Made by a program: the position numbers and the translations under genes. The notes beneath the pieces are model-generated. The model worked only from the letters and a program-made list of their open reading frames with translations, was not told the origin of the DNA and did not search any database. Of a DNA stretch of 64,000 bases, positions 53,497 through 63,730 are shown in pieces. This DNA comes from an uncultured delta proteobacterium (GTDB lineage Bacteria; Myxococcota; Myxococcia; Myxococcales; Anaeromyxobacteraceae). Every line of letters starts with the position of its first letter. Position 1 is the first letter of the stretch. The stretch is taken from contig CAWJSR010000023.1 in NCBI GenBank assembly GCA_963845515.1, forward strand, positions 1 to 64,000, written 5' to 3'.

Positions 53497-56400
53497 ATGA
53501 TGAAGAACGGTTCTGCCCTGGGCATCGACATCGGCTCCACGAGCGTCAAGGCGTGCCTGGTCACCGGCACCGACGAGGCGTGGTCCGAGGTCCGCGCGCA
53601 CGACGGCGACGTCGCCGGCGCCGTGCGTGCAGTCCTCACGGGGCGGAAGGTCGGCGCCGGCGTGCGCGCGCTCGTGACTGGCGGAGAGGGGCGCCGCAAG
53701 TTCCAGATCGCGAGCGCGATCGCCACCGAGGCGCTGGAGCGCGCGCTCCAGGCGCTCGAGCTCGACGTCTCCGCGGTCGTGTCGGTCGGCGGCGAGGACC
53801 TCGGTGGTCTACCGCGTGGACGGCGGGCGCATCGTCGGCACGTACGCAGGAAACAAGTGCGCGAGCGGCACGGGCGAGTTCTTCGCCCAGCAGCTGCGCC
53901 GCATGGACCTGCCGCTCGAGGCGGTCCACCTCCCCGCGGTCGGCACGGGGACGGTCCACCGGCTCTCGTCGCGCTGCTCGGTCTTCATGAAGAGCGACTG
54001 CACCCACAAGCTGAACAAGGGCGAGGCGGACAAGCACGACATCGTGCTCAGCCTCTCCCACGTGATGGCGCACAAGGTGCTCGAGTTCCTCGCCAAGGCG
54101 CGCATCACCTCGGGGCGCGTGGTGCTGGCCGGCGGCGGCACCCGGAACCCGCACCTGGTCGAGGCGGTCCGGCAGGGGCTGCCCGAGGTGGAGCTGATCG
54201 TCCCCCGCGAGGCCGCGTACATCGAGGCCTACGGCGCGGCGCTGCTCGCCGCGGAGCGCGGCGTGCCGTTGCCGGAGGAGGGGGTGCTCGTCGCCGACGC
54301 CGACCTCGGCTACGCGCGCGGCCGTCCCCTCTCGGAGGCGAAGGAGCACGTCACCTTCCTCCCGCCGCGGCGCGGCCGGGCGAAGGCGGGGCGGGCGTAC
54401 GTCCTCGGCATCGACGGCGGCTCCACCACCACCAAGGTCGCCGTCGTCGACGCGGAGACCCGCGAGATCGTCGCCAGCCACTACGGCCGCACGCTCGGCG
54501 ACCCCGTCGTCGCGCTCCGGAAGTGCCTCGACGTGGTCCGGGCGCAGCTCGAGGAGCAGGTGGGCACCGAGGACGCGGTGGAGATCCGGCTCGCCGCGAC
54601 GACCGGCTCGTCCCGTGAGCTCCTCGGCGTCTACTGCGGCACGCCGGCCGTCTACAACGAGATCATGGCCCACACGGCGGGCGTGACCGCGCTCGATCCC
54701 GCCATCGACACGATCTTCGAGATCGGCGGCCAGGACGCGAAGTACGTCCACCTGCGCAACCTCGTCCCGGTCGACTACGCCATGAACGAGGCGTGCAGCG
54801 CGGGGACCGGCTCCTTCCTGGAGGAGTCGGCGGCCGGGGACCTCGACATCCACAGCGCCGAGGAGATCGGGCCGATCGCGCTCGAGGCCGACGGCGCCGC
54901 TCCGGTTCGGCGAGCACTGCTCGGCCTTCATCAACTCGGACATCCGCAAGGCCATCCAGGGCGGGGCGAGCCGGCCGGACATCGTCGCGGGCCTGACGCT
55001 CTCCATCGTCGCGAACTACCTCAACCGCGTCGTCGGCAACCGGCGGGTCGGGCAGCCGGATCGTCCTGCAGGGCGGCGTGGCGAAGAACCCCGCGGTGCC
55101 GCTCGCGTTCGCGCAGCTCCTCGGGAAGCACGTGGTGGTCCCGCCGGACCCGGAGCTGATGGGGGCCTACGGCGTCGCGCTGATGGCGCTCGCGCAGGCT
55201 CGGCGAGGGGCGGCTCGCGCCCGCGCGCGTGCGGCTGGCCGAGCTCTCCGCCCGGACGATCCACTCCGAGAAGGAGTACCGCTGCAAGGCCTGCGAGAAC
55301 CTCTGCCCCATCCGGATCATGGCGGTCGGCGAGGCGCGCTACCACTTCGGCGGCCGCTGCAACAAGTTCGCGAACCTCCGCCGGAAGCCGGCGCGGCCGC
55401 AGGAGGAGGTCAAGGACTGGGTCGAGGTCCGGCGCCAGCTCTACTTCGACACCTACGCCGCCCCCGCCGAGGAGCTGCCGCGCGCCAACGTGCGCGTCGG
55501 GGTCCCCGAGGCGCTCTCGGTCCACTCCTTCTGGCCGCTCTACTCCAACTTCTTCCACGCCCTCGGCGTCCGCGCTGTCCTCGCCTCGGACGTGTCCGAG
55601 AAGGGGGCCGCCCGCTGCGAGTCGTCCTTCTGCTACCCGGGCGAGCTCGCCCACGGGCAGATGGGGAGCATGCTCGAGGCCGACCCGCCGGCCGACTTCT
55701 GGTTCGTCCCGCACCTCAAGGCGCTCCCCTCGTACGAGAAGCAGGTCCACGCCTGCGTCTGCCCGATCACGCAGGGGCTGCCCTACGCGCTCCGGACGGC
55801 GTTCGAGCTGGACGACGCGCGGCTCCTGCGGCCGGTGCTCGACCTCACCCGCGGCTTCGCCGACGGGGCCGACGCCGATGATGGACGTCGCCGAGCGGCT
55901 CGGCCGCACGCGCGAGGAGGGGCGGAAGGCCTGGGCGCTCGCGGTGGAGCGGCAGAAGGCCTGCTACCGCGAGGGGCTGCGGCTGGGCCGGCAGGCGGTG
56001 GAGGAGGCGGAGCGTGGGACGTGGCCCGCCGATCGTCCTCTTCGGCCGCCCGTACAACGCGTTCGCGCCCGGCGCGAACATGGGCATCCCGCGCAAGTTC
56101 GTGACGCGCGGCTACTCGGTCATACCGTTCGACTTCCTGCAGGTCGGGGAGGAGGCGATCCTCCCCAACATGTACTGGTACTACGGCCAGCAGGACCTGA
56201 AGGGCGCGGTGATGGTGAAGGGGCGCAAGAACCTCTTCGCCTGCTTCGTCACCAACTTCTCCTGCGCGCCGGACTCCTTCATCCTCCACTTCAACCGGTG
56301 GATCTACGGCTCGAAGCCGTTCCTCACGCTGGAGCTCGACAGCCACACCGCCGACGCCGGCGTGGACACGCGCGTCGAGGCGTTCCTCGACGTGGTCGAG

Positions 56401-57919
56401 GCGTGGCGGCGCTCGCCGCCGGTGGAGGCGACGATCCTCCCCGAGAAGGAGTGGGACGTCGTCATCGAGGGCGGCGACGCCTGGGTGGTGAACCGCCGGA
56501 CCGGCGAGCGGCGCTCGATGAAGGACCCGCGCGTCACGCTGGTCTGGCCGTCGATGGGGCAGGAGACGTCCCAGCTCGTCGCGCGCATCTCGCGCTCGCA
56601 CGGCATCGACTCCGTGGCGCTGCCGACCGCCGACATCGAGACTGCGCCGCGCGCGCGCGCGGTGGCGAGCGGCAAGGAGTGCATCCCGGCGCTGCTCGTC
56701 CTCGGCGCGGTCCTCGACTACCTCGCGAAGGCGCCGCAGGATCCGGACCGGGTCCACCTCGTCTTCATGCCGATCACGACCGGGCCGTGCAGGACCGGCC
56801 AGTACGCCATCTTCTACCAGGCGCTCTTCCAGGAGCTCGGCCTCAAGAACGTGGTGATGCTGTCGCTCAACTCCGACAACTCGTACTCGGAGCTCGGGAA
56901 CAACTTCAACCGCGACCTGTGGCAGATGATCTGCGTCGGCGACTACTTCCGCGACGTGGTCGGGTCGCTGCGCGCGCTCGCGGCGGATCGCGACGCCGCC
57001 CTGGCGGAGACGGACGCGGTGCTGGAGGAGCTGCTCGCAGCCGCGGGAGGCGGGGTCAAGCCGGTGCTCGCCGGGCTGGCCGGCTGGGGCCGCAGGCTCG
57101 CGGCGATCCCGCTGAGGGCCCCGCTCGCCGACCGCGAAGAAGGCGCTCGTCGTCGGCGAGATCTTCGTCCGGCGCGACGACTTCTCGGTCGACACGCTCG
57201 TCGGGAAGCTCGCCGACTCGGGGGTCGTGGCCAAGATCACCGGCCTCACCGAGTGGGTCCACTACCTCGACTGGGACCAGTCGCGCCGCCTCCGCAAGGC
57301 GCTCGGCAGGATGCCGCTCTTCCAGCGGCTCAAGTCGAAGGAGCTGCGGACGCTGCTCTGGCTCAAGATCGAGATGATCTGGAAGGCGCGCGTGGAGCAC
57401 GCCATCAAGCGCGACCTCGCCCTGAGCGGCCTCGTGCCCGAGTCTCCGCACGGGATGGACCGGATCATGGCGCGGTCCGACGAGTTCTCGTCCTTCGAGC
57501 TGGAGAGCGAGGCGACCCTGTCGCCGGCCTCGGCGGCGGTGGCGATGGAGGAGGGGTACGACGGCGTCGCCATCATCTCGCCGTTCGCCTGCCTCCCCGG
57601 CCGCCTCATCGAGGCGACGTACGCGCCGTGGGCGCGCGCCCGGGGCCTGCCGGTCGTCGCGGTGGAGAGCGACGGCAACGCCTACCCGCCCAGCGTGGTG
57701 AGCCGGATCGAGGCCTTCGCCCACGACGTCAGCCGCGGCGCGCGCAAGCAGGCCCCGCAGCTGAAGGTCGTGCAGTCGCGCTACGCCGACGTGGCCGGCC
57801 TCGACCTGCTCTCGTGCGGCTCCGGCGGCTGCGGGGGCGGCTGCCCCGCGCCGGCGGCGCCGTCGGGGGCCAGGGTCGAGCTGAACGGCCCGAAGGCGCA
57901 GAAGCCCACCGGCTCCTGA
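53497..57919 (+). CDS. Multidomain acyl-CoA dehydratase activase (two BadF/BcrAD ATPase domains + DUF2229-type region), several frameshifts
   Basis: GIDIGSTSVK, KCASGTG, SRCSVF, GIDGGSTTTK, EIGGQDAK, NEACSAGTGSF, CKACENLC, NFSCAPD, GPCRTGQY, PFACLP. Confidence 0.9.
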
Positions 57920-57945
57920 CCGACGCAGGAGGGGGAGGGGCGGCC

Positions 57946-58338
57946 ATGTGGGAGGAGCTGAAGCGGCACGAGCGGTTCGTCCGGGGGATCCTCGCCCAGC
58001 GGGACCCGTCGGGCCTGGCCGCCGTTCGCGCCCACCACGACCGGCGCGTCCACGACTTCCAGCACGAGCGGCTGATCCACCTGCTCGTGACCCTCTTCGT
58101 GGCGCTCTTCGCGCTCCTGGCGGTGGGGCTGCTGGCCCTCCTGCAGACGCCCGCCACGGCCGCCCTGGCGGTCCTCCTGCTCGCCCTGACGGTCGCCTAC
58201 ATCCTCCACTACTTCCGGCTGGAGAACGGCGTGCAGCGGCTCTACGCCCTCTCGCTGCAGCTGGATGAGCGCCTCGCCGGGCGGCCGCTCTCCGAGCCGG
58301 ACGGCAAAGGCGGCACGGAGCCGGTTCGAGGCGCTTGA
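57946..58338 (+). CDS. Small two-TM hypothetical membrane protein
   Basis: FQHERLIHLLVT..YILHYFRLENGVQRLY; purine-rich RBS. Confidence 0.75.
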   Translation: MWEELKRHERFVRGILAQRDPSGLAAVRAHHDRRVHDFQHERLIHLLVTLFVALFALLAVGLLALLQTPATAALAVLLLALTVAYILHYFRLENGVQRLYALSLQLDERLAGRPLSEPDGKGGTEPVRGA

Positions 58339-58363
58339 CAGCCCCCGGGCCCCCCTCTATAAA
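58335..58363 (+). promoter_or_regulatory. Sigma70 promoter of tRNA-Gly
   Basis: TTGACA-N17-TATAAA followed by a GC-rich discriminator. Confidence 0.8.
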
Positions 58364-58385
58364 TCGCGGCCTTCGAACGTTCTTT

Positions 58386-58460
58386 GCGGGAATAGCTCAG
58401 TGGTAGAGCATCGCCTTGCCAAGGCGAGGGTCGAGGGTTCAAATCCCTTTTCCCGCTCCA
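58386..58460 (+). tRNA. tRNA-Gly (GCC)
   Basis: GCGGGAA acceptor stem, anticodon loop TTGCCAA, GGTTCAAATCC T-arm, encoded CCA end. Confidence 0.97.
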
Positions 58461-58465
58461 ATTAG

Positions 58466-58502
58466 CCCCCGGTAACCGTCAACGGTTACCGGGGGTTTCT
58501 TC
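58466..58502 (+). terminator. Intrinsic terminator after tRNA-Gly
   Basis: CCCCCGGTAACCGT-CA-ACGGTTACCGGGGG followed by TTTCTT. Confidence 0.85.
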
Positions 58503-58521
58503 ATGGGGGAAGTTAAACAAA

Positions 58522-58561
58522 CCTCTCCCACGCTCCAGCGGGGGAGAGTCTGGTGAGGGGG
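58522..58561. repeat. REP-like palindromic element, copy 8
   Basis: CCTCTCCCACGCT-CC-AGCGGGGGAGAG-TCT-GGTGAGGGGG. Confidence 0.65.
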
Positions 58562-58618
58562 ACGGGTCTCGGGCTCTCCGTTGTCCACCTCCGTGGTCGG
58601 CTATTCTGGTGGCCGACC

Positions 58619-59575
58619 ATGATCGCCTCCATCCGCTCGACCGCCTCCCGTCGCGCCCTCGCCGCGTGCGCCCTCGCGCTCCTCGTCGCCGGTGGTAGCG
58701 CTCGGGCGGGCCCCGTCCCACCGAAGCCCGATCGCTACGTCACGGACCAGGCCGGGGTCCTGCCGCTCGCTGAGCGGGACGCGCTCGAGGCCCGCCTGGC
58801 CGCGTTCGATCGCGAGACGTCCAACCAGGTCCTGGTCTGCATCGCCCCCCACGTGCCCGAGGGGACCACGCCCGAGGAGCTGGGCGCAGACGCGATCCGG
58901 GCGTGGGGAGTTGGGCAGGCGGGCAGGGACAACGGGATCGTCTTCTTCGTCTTCACCGAGGACCGGAAGACGCGGATCGCGACGGGGTACGGCCTCGAGG
59001 GGGCCGTTCCGGACGCCGTCGCCAAGCGGATCCTGGCGGAGACGGTGCGGCCGCACCTCGCCCGCGGGGACTTCGCGAGCGGAATCCGCGCTGGGGTCGA
59101 CGCGCTCCTGGCGGCGACGCGCGGCGAGGTGTTCGCATCACGCAGCGCGTCCGTCGCCGGCGATCCGGCCGAGCCGCACGTGCAGTGGCTCGTCGTCGTC
59201 GGGCTCGTCGTCGCCATCGCCATCGGCCGGTGGCGCCGGTTTCCCGTGGGCGTGCAGGTCCTCATCGGCGTCACTGGCCTGCTCGTCAACGTGGCGTGCT
59301 ACTTCGCGCCCTTCTTCCCCGGCTGGTTCTTCCTCCCCTTCTACTTCTTCGGGATCCTCGGGTACGGGGTCGTCCGGTACACGAGCGACCGGTCCTGGTG
59401 GTCGGGCCACGGCACCTGGAGCTCATCGACCGGCTCGAGCTCGGACGGCGGGGGGTGGCGCTCGTCGTCTTCCAGCTCCAGCGGCTCGTCGCGCAGCTCC
59501 GGTTCTTCCAGCTCCTCTGGCTTCTCCGGAGGCGGCGGGGACAGCGGCGGCGGCGGCGCGAGCGACAGGTTCTGA
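58619..59575 (+). CDS. TPM-domain membrane protein
   Basis: YVTDQAGVL, WGVGQAGRDNG, IATGYGLEGAVPD, TM region, GFSGGGGDSGGGGAS tail. Confidence 0.9.
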   Translation: MIASIRSTASRRALAACALALLVAGGSARAGPVPPKPDRYVTDQAGVLPLAERDALEARLAAFDRETSNQVLVCIAPHVPEGTTPEELGADAIRAWGVGQAGRDNGIVFFVFTEDRKTRIATGYGLEGAVPDAVAKRILAETVRPHLARGDFASGIRAGVDALLAATRGEVFASRSASVAGDPAEPHVQWLVVVGLVVAIAIGRWRRFPVGVQVLIGVTGLLVNVACYFAPFFPGWFFLPFYFFGILGYGVVRYTSDRSWWSGHGTWSSSTGSSSDGGGWRSSSSSSSGSSRSSGSSSSSGFSGGGGDSGGGGASDRF

Positions 59576-59590
59576 TCCCGCGGGGGCGAC

Positions 59591-59964
59591 TTCTGAACCT
59601 CGGACGCGCGCCGCGGCCGGCCGTCACGCCGTCGTGTCGTCCAGCCTCCGATCAGGCACGTGCCCGAAGCGGCGGCAGGCCGCGGAGATCCCCAGCGAGA
59701 AGAGGCCTGCCCCGACCCCCAGCGCCGCGTTGGCGAACGGAGGGGCCGTCAGGCCGAGCCTGAGGAGGATGCCGGCGACCGCCAGCCCCGAGTTCCGGAA
59801 GACGACTGCGTAGCTCGCGGATCCTGGCGCGGTGGAGGCAAGTGGTCTGCGAGGCTGCCCCGTCACCGGGTTGACTCGGAGGCGCGGCGCGCCCGCACGG
59901 TCGGGGAGGCCTCGCCCGCACGGTCGGGGAGGCCTACCGCTACGCGGCGCGCTACTTCCCCCTG
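59591..59964 (+). repeat. Decayed copy of the downstream AraC locus (three direct-repeat blocks)
   Basis: 59591-59629 = 62470-62508 (39/39); 59820-59888 = 62531-62599 (68/69); 59913-59964 = 62908-62959 (52/52, araC-internal); tandem 23-mer at 59890-59935. Confidence 0.9.
59624..59819 (-). pseudogene. C-terminal fragment of a membrane protein
   Basis: YAVVFRNSGLAVAGILLRLGLTAPPFANAALGVGAGLFSLG with coding-like codons; truncated at the 69-bp repeat. Confidence 0.5.
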
Positions 59965-59989
59965 TTCGGCGCTGCCCCGGCCCTTCACC

Positions 59990-62263
59990 TCAAAGCTGCG
60001 AGCGCATGATCCCGAAGTTGCCGACTGCCCAGACGTCGGTAGGGCTGCCCCACATCCCCCGCACCCCGTACCAGTAGACGCTCATGGGGTTGGGTGTTAT
60101 CGACCAGGCGCTGCCGTCCCAGTGCATCATGTCGCCAAAGTAACCAGTGGCCAGGTCGACCGCCGACAAGCCGAAGGCCCAGACGTCATCCGCGGACGTT
60201 CCCCAGACTCCTTGCAGGACGGCGCGCGAGCCAGTCAGCGGACTGGCAACGTTGGACCAACCGCTTCCATCCCAGTGGAGGATGGTGCCAATCGTGCCCG
60301 TTGCCCAGACGTTGCTCGGGCCGGTGCCCCAGACTCCATAGAGATAATCGCCGCACCCGCTCACCACGTTGTTCCAGCTACTCCCGTCCCAGCGCAGGAT
60401 GATGCCACCGTCGCCCACGGCCCAGACGTCGTTCGGGCCGGTCCCCCAGACGTCGTAGAGGTTGTTTCCCGACGTGGTTCCCGTCAGCGGGTTGGGTACG
60501 CTCACCCATGAGGTGCCGTCCCAGTGCACGATCGCGGCCTCGCTGCCGACGGCCCACACGTCGTTCGAGGCGCTGCCCCAGACGCCCCAGAGGGTCAGCG
60601 GGTACCCGGTGGTCACGCTCTCCCACGCAGCCCCGTCCCAGTGCAGGAACGTGCCGTAGGTGCCCACGGCCCACACGTCGTCCGAGGCGCTGCCCCACAG
60701 CGCGGTGAGAACGACGTTGGGCTCGACCGACAAGCCGATCATCAGGCCGGTCACCGGGTTCGTCACGCTCGACCAGGAGGTGCCGTCCCAGTGCACGGTC
60801 GTGCCGGCGGTGCCCGCGGCCCACGCGTCGTCGGGACCGCTCCCCCAGACCGCGTAAAGCGCTTCCGTCGTGGGGCTCCACGGCCCCAAGCTGGTGCCGA
60901 GGCTCCACGTGCCCGCGGGCACGGACGCAAAGTCCTGCCCCGACGCGTCCGCCGTGGTCACCTCGATCAAGCGGTACGTTGGCGAGAAGGTGAGGCCGGT
61001 GAGGGTCGGAGTGATCCGGTAGCTGCCCGACGGGAGGCCTGCGATGGCGTAGTTGCCGTTCGCGTCCGTCGTGGCCGAAACCGTCGGTCCGATCACGATC
61101 GGTTGTGGATCGAGCGGGTCCGGCAGCGGCGCGATCGACACCGTCACACCCGCCATCGCGGCCCCGTCGGAAGTCCGGACGGTCCCGGAAACGGAGTGGG
61201 TCGTCGCGGGCGGCGGTGGCGGCGGCGCGTCGTCGGCGAGCACGACCTCGATCGGGAACGTGTCGATGAGGCCGCCGCTCGTGACCCTCGCCTCCAGGAT
61301 GCAGACGCCGGCGCCGGCCGGTGCGGTCCACCCGAACGCGGCGCCCGTCGCGCCGATTGAGGAAGCGACCAGCGGATCGGGCACCGCTGAGCCCCCGCAG
61401 TTGTCGGTGAGGGTCGCGCTCGCCCCCTGATCGCCGTTCTGGAAGGTGAACGCGACCGTCCAGACGCTGGCTGGTGGAAGGGTTCCCGGGCAGGTCGCCG
61501 ACGCGTCGTCGCGGAGGACCGAGCAGACCTCGTTCACAGGAGCCGCGACCGTCTGCAACCAGATGTGATCGATCACGGGCTGCGGGACGAAGTCGACCGT
61601 CACGTCCACCCCCCCGCCGATCGCCGCCACCGCGACCGTCGCCGTCCTCGCGTCGAACAGACCGGAGGGGGAGGTGGCCGTGACCGTGATCTGGCACGTC
61701 GTCGCGGAGCCCGGCGCCGTCCAGGTGGTGCTCGCCGCGGGGGCCGTTCCGAACGTCCCCGCCTCCGCGCTGCACGACTGGGACCACGCGTACGCCAGCG
61801 TGTCGCCCTGAGGGTCCACCGCGGTAGCGGCGAAGGTCGCCTCGGCGGCCGCGTCCACCGTCGCGGGGACGACGAGCGAGGTGATGTACGGCCGGTTGGG
61901 CGGCACGGGGGGCGGACCGCTCCCGTCGAGCACCGTGATCGCGACGTTCATCGTCTGGCCGGCGACGATCGTCGCGCTGGCGCTGCCCGTCCCGACGAGC
62001 GTGGACCCAGCGTAGACGCTCACCGTGAAGGTCTGGGCGCCCGAGGGGATGTTCAGGGTGCCGGTGAACTTGCCGGTCGCCGCGTCGTACACGAGCGAGG
62101 CGCTCACGTCCGCCGGCTGGACCTCGACCGAGACGCTCGTGATGTTCGCACCCGAGATCAGCGCGTCCACTGCAAACCTGGCGCTGCCCATCGGCTGCGG
62201 GGTCGGTTGCGTGCAAGCGATCGCGAAAAGGGCGAGCGCTGCCGCCTTCACGTTCCTCATCAT
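59990..62263 (-). CDS. Large surface lipoprotein: Ig-like domains, carboxypeptidase-regulatory-like domain, VWG(S/T)xxxDVWAVG repeat propeller
   Basis: MMRNVKAAALALFAIAC lipobox with GGAGGG RBS; TTDANGNYAIAGLPSGSY; about seven VWGS..DVWAVG..HWDG..W repeats. Confidence 0.85.
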   Translation of the reverse strand: MMRNVKAAALALFAIACTQPTPQPMGSARFAVDALISGANITSVSVEVQPADVSASLVYDAATGKFTGTLNIPSGAQTFTVSVYAGSTLVGTGSASATIVAGQTMNVAITVLDGSGPPPVPPNRPYITSLVVPATVDAAAEATFAATAVDPQGDTLAYAWSQSCSAEAGTFGTAPAASTTWTAPGSATTCQITVTATSPSGLFDARTATVAVAAIGGGVDVTVDFVPQPVIDHIWLQTVAAPVNEVCSVLRDDASATCPGTLPPASVWTVAFTFQNGDQGASATLTDNCGGSAVPDPLVASSIGATGAAFGWTAPAGAGVCILEARVTSGGLIDTFPIEVVLADDAPPPPPPATTHSVSGTVRTSDGAAMAGVTVSIAPLPDPLDPQPIVIGPTVSATTDANGNYAIAGLPSGSYRITPTLTGLTFSPTYRLIEVTTADASGQDFASVPAGTWSLGTSLGPWSPTTEALYAVWGSGPDDAWAAGTAGTTVHWDGTSWSSVTNPVTGLMIGLSVEPNVVLTALWGSASDDVWAVGTYGTFLHWDGAAWESVTTGYPLTLWGVWGSASNDVWAVGSEAAIVHWDGTSWVSVPNPLTGTTSGNNLYDVWGTGPNDVWAVGDGGIILRWDGSSWNNVVSGCGDYLYGVWGTGPSNVWATGTIGTILHWDGSGWSNVASPLTGSRAVLQGVWGTSADDVWAFGLSAVDLATGYFGDMMHWDGSAWSITPNPMSVYWYGVRGMWGSPTDVWAVGNFGIMRSQL

Positions 62264-62635
62264 GACGGTCCCCTCCGTTGACGTTCCGTCACAGGTAGCA
62301 CGCGGCTCGGCGGCTTGAGTAGTGATTACTCCGCGGTACGAAGGCGCGGGTGTCGCGACTCCCCCAGAAGGGGCACCATGAGCCGACGATGCCAGCGTGG
62401 GCGAAGGAGCGCGAGAAGCCGAGCGATCGGAAGCCGCTCTCCGACCTGGTGCGCGAGGGCCGCTTCGAGTTCTGAACCTCGGACGCGCGCCGCGGCCGGC
62501 CGTCACGCGAGCCGGAGCGGTTCCCCGAGTGATCCTGGCGCGGTGGAGGCAAGTGGTCTGCGACGCTGCCCCGTCACCGGGTTGACTCGGAGGCGCGGCT
62601 CGGGCCCGCGGCGACTGGCGTAGGGTTGTAGCCTG

Positions 62636-63730
62636 ATGTGGCCCCATGGCGGCACAGTGCTCACGGTATCCAGCCGCGCGCTCATCCAGGCGTGCGAACG
62701 ACTTGGAATCGACACGGAGGCGATGCTGCTCACGGCCGGGATCAGCCGGGAGACGCTCGAGAATCCGGACGCGCGCCTGAGGAACAGCGACGTGGGCGCA
62801 CTCTGGGCCAAGGCCTACCAGCTCTCCGGCGACCCGGTGCTGTCGCTGCACGTCGCCGAGGCGTGCCCGCTCGGCGCATACAAGGTCATCGACTACCTGG
62901 CCTCGTGCGCCCGCACGGTCGGGGAGGCCTACCGCTACGCGGCGCGCTACTTCCCCCTGATCAACACCGCCGTGCGGCTGGCCATCGACGAGTCCGGCGA
63001 TCCCGTGACCTTCGACGTGGTGGGCGAGGGCGACGGGACCGCCGTCACGCGTCCGTACGCCGAGTACTGCCTCGCGGCGTTCGTGCTCCACGTGCGCGAG
63101 GGGACAGGCGCCCCCACGGGCCCGCAGTGCGTGACGTTCGCACACCCCCCTCCGGTCGACGTCCGCGAGCACGAGCGGGTCTTCGGCTGCCCCGTGCGCT
63201 TCGGGGCGGACCACAACCGCCTCGTCCTCGACCGCGCCGCGTGGGACACGCCCGCGAGCCGCGCGCAATCCGGCGTCCTCGGCGTGCTCATGGAGCACGC
63301 TGACCTCCTCCTGTCGCGCCTCCCCCGTGGCCCCGACCTCGTCGAGCGCACGCGCCGCGCGATCGCCGGGCGCCTGCGCGGCGGCGATCCCTCCCTGGAA
63401 GGCGTGGCGCGGGAGCTCGGCATCGGCGCGCGAAGCCTGCAGCGTCGCCTTAGCGAGCTCGGCTACACGTTCAACGCCCTGGCCGACGAGGTGCGCGCGG
63501 CGACCGCACGGCTGTACCTGGAGCAGCCCGACATCGCGCTCGCCGAGGTCGGGTACCTGCTCGGGTTCGCAGACCAGAGCACCTTCAACCGCGCATTCAA
63601 GCGCTGGACCGGCGTCACGCCGAAGCAGGCTCGCATCCGGGCGACGGGCGCGACGCCCGCGCGGGCGCTCCACTCGCCCCCGCGCTCAGAACACGGCCGA
63701 CACCTGCGCCTGGAAGGTGACGAGCGCTGA
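62636..63730 (+). CDS. AraC family transcriptional regulator
   Basis: Arabinose-binding-2-type N-terminus; VARELGIGARSLQRRL and LGFADQSTFNRAFKRWTGVTP. Confidence 0.92.
   Translation: MWPHGGTVLTVSSRALIQACERLGIDTEAMLLTAGISRETLENPDARLRNSDVGALWAKAYQLSGDPVLSLHVAEACPLGAYKVIDYLASCARTVGEAYRYAARYFPLINTAVRLAIDESGDPVTFDVVGEGDGTAVTRPYAEYCLAAFVLHVREGTGAPTGPQCVTFAHPPPVDVREHERVFGCPVRFGADHNRLVLDRAAWDTPASRAQSGVLGVLMEHADLLLSRLPRGPDLVERTRRAIAGRLRGGDPSLEGVARELGIGARSLQRRLSELGYTFNALADEVRAATARLYLEQPDIALAEVGYLLGFADQSTFNRAFKRWTGVTPKQARIRATGATPARALHSPPRSEHGRHLRLEGDER

Noticed and set aside
28637..57919. Frameshifts in cdsA, rseP, asd-like, nitrilase and activase genes as programmed frameshifting or pseudogenes
   Set aside because: Scattered single-base indels, often in G/C runs and in essential genes, fit sequencing error.
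59890..59935. CRISPR-like repeat
   Set aside because: Only two adjacent 23-mers with no spacer; the sequence comes from the araC gene.
59990..63673. 1227-aa ORF
   Set aside because: The N-terminal ~470 aa are antisense to araC and intergenic DNA; the RBS and lipobox place the start at 62263.
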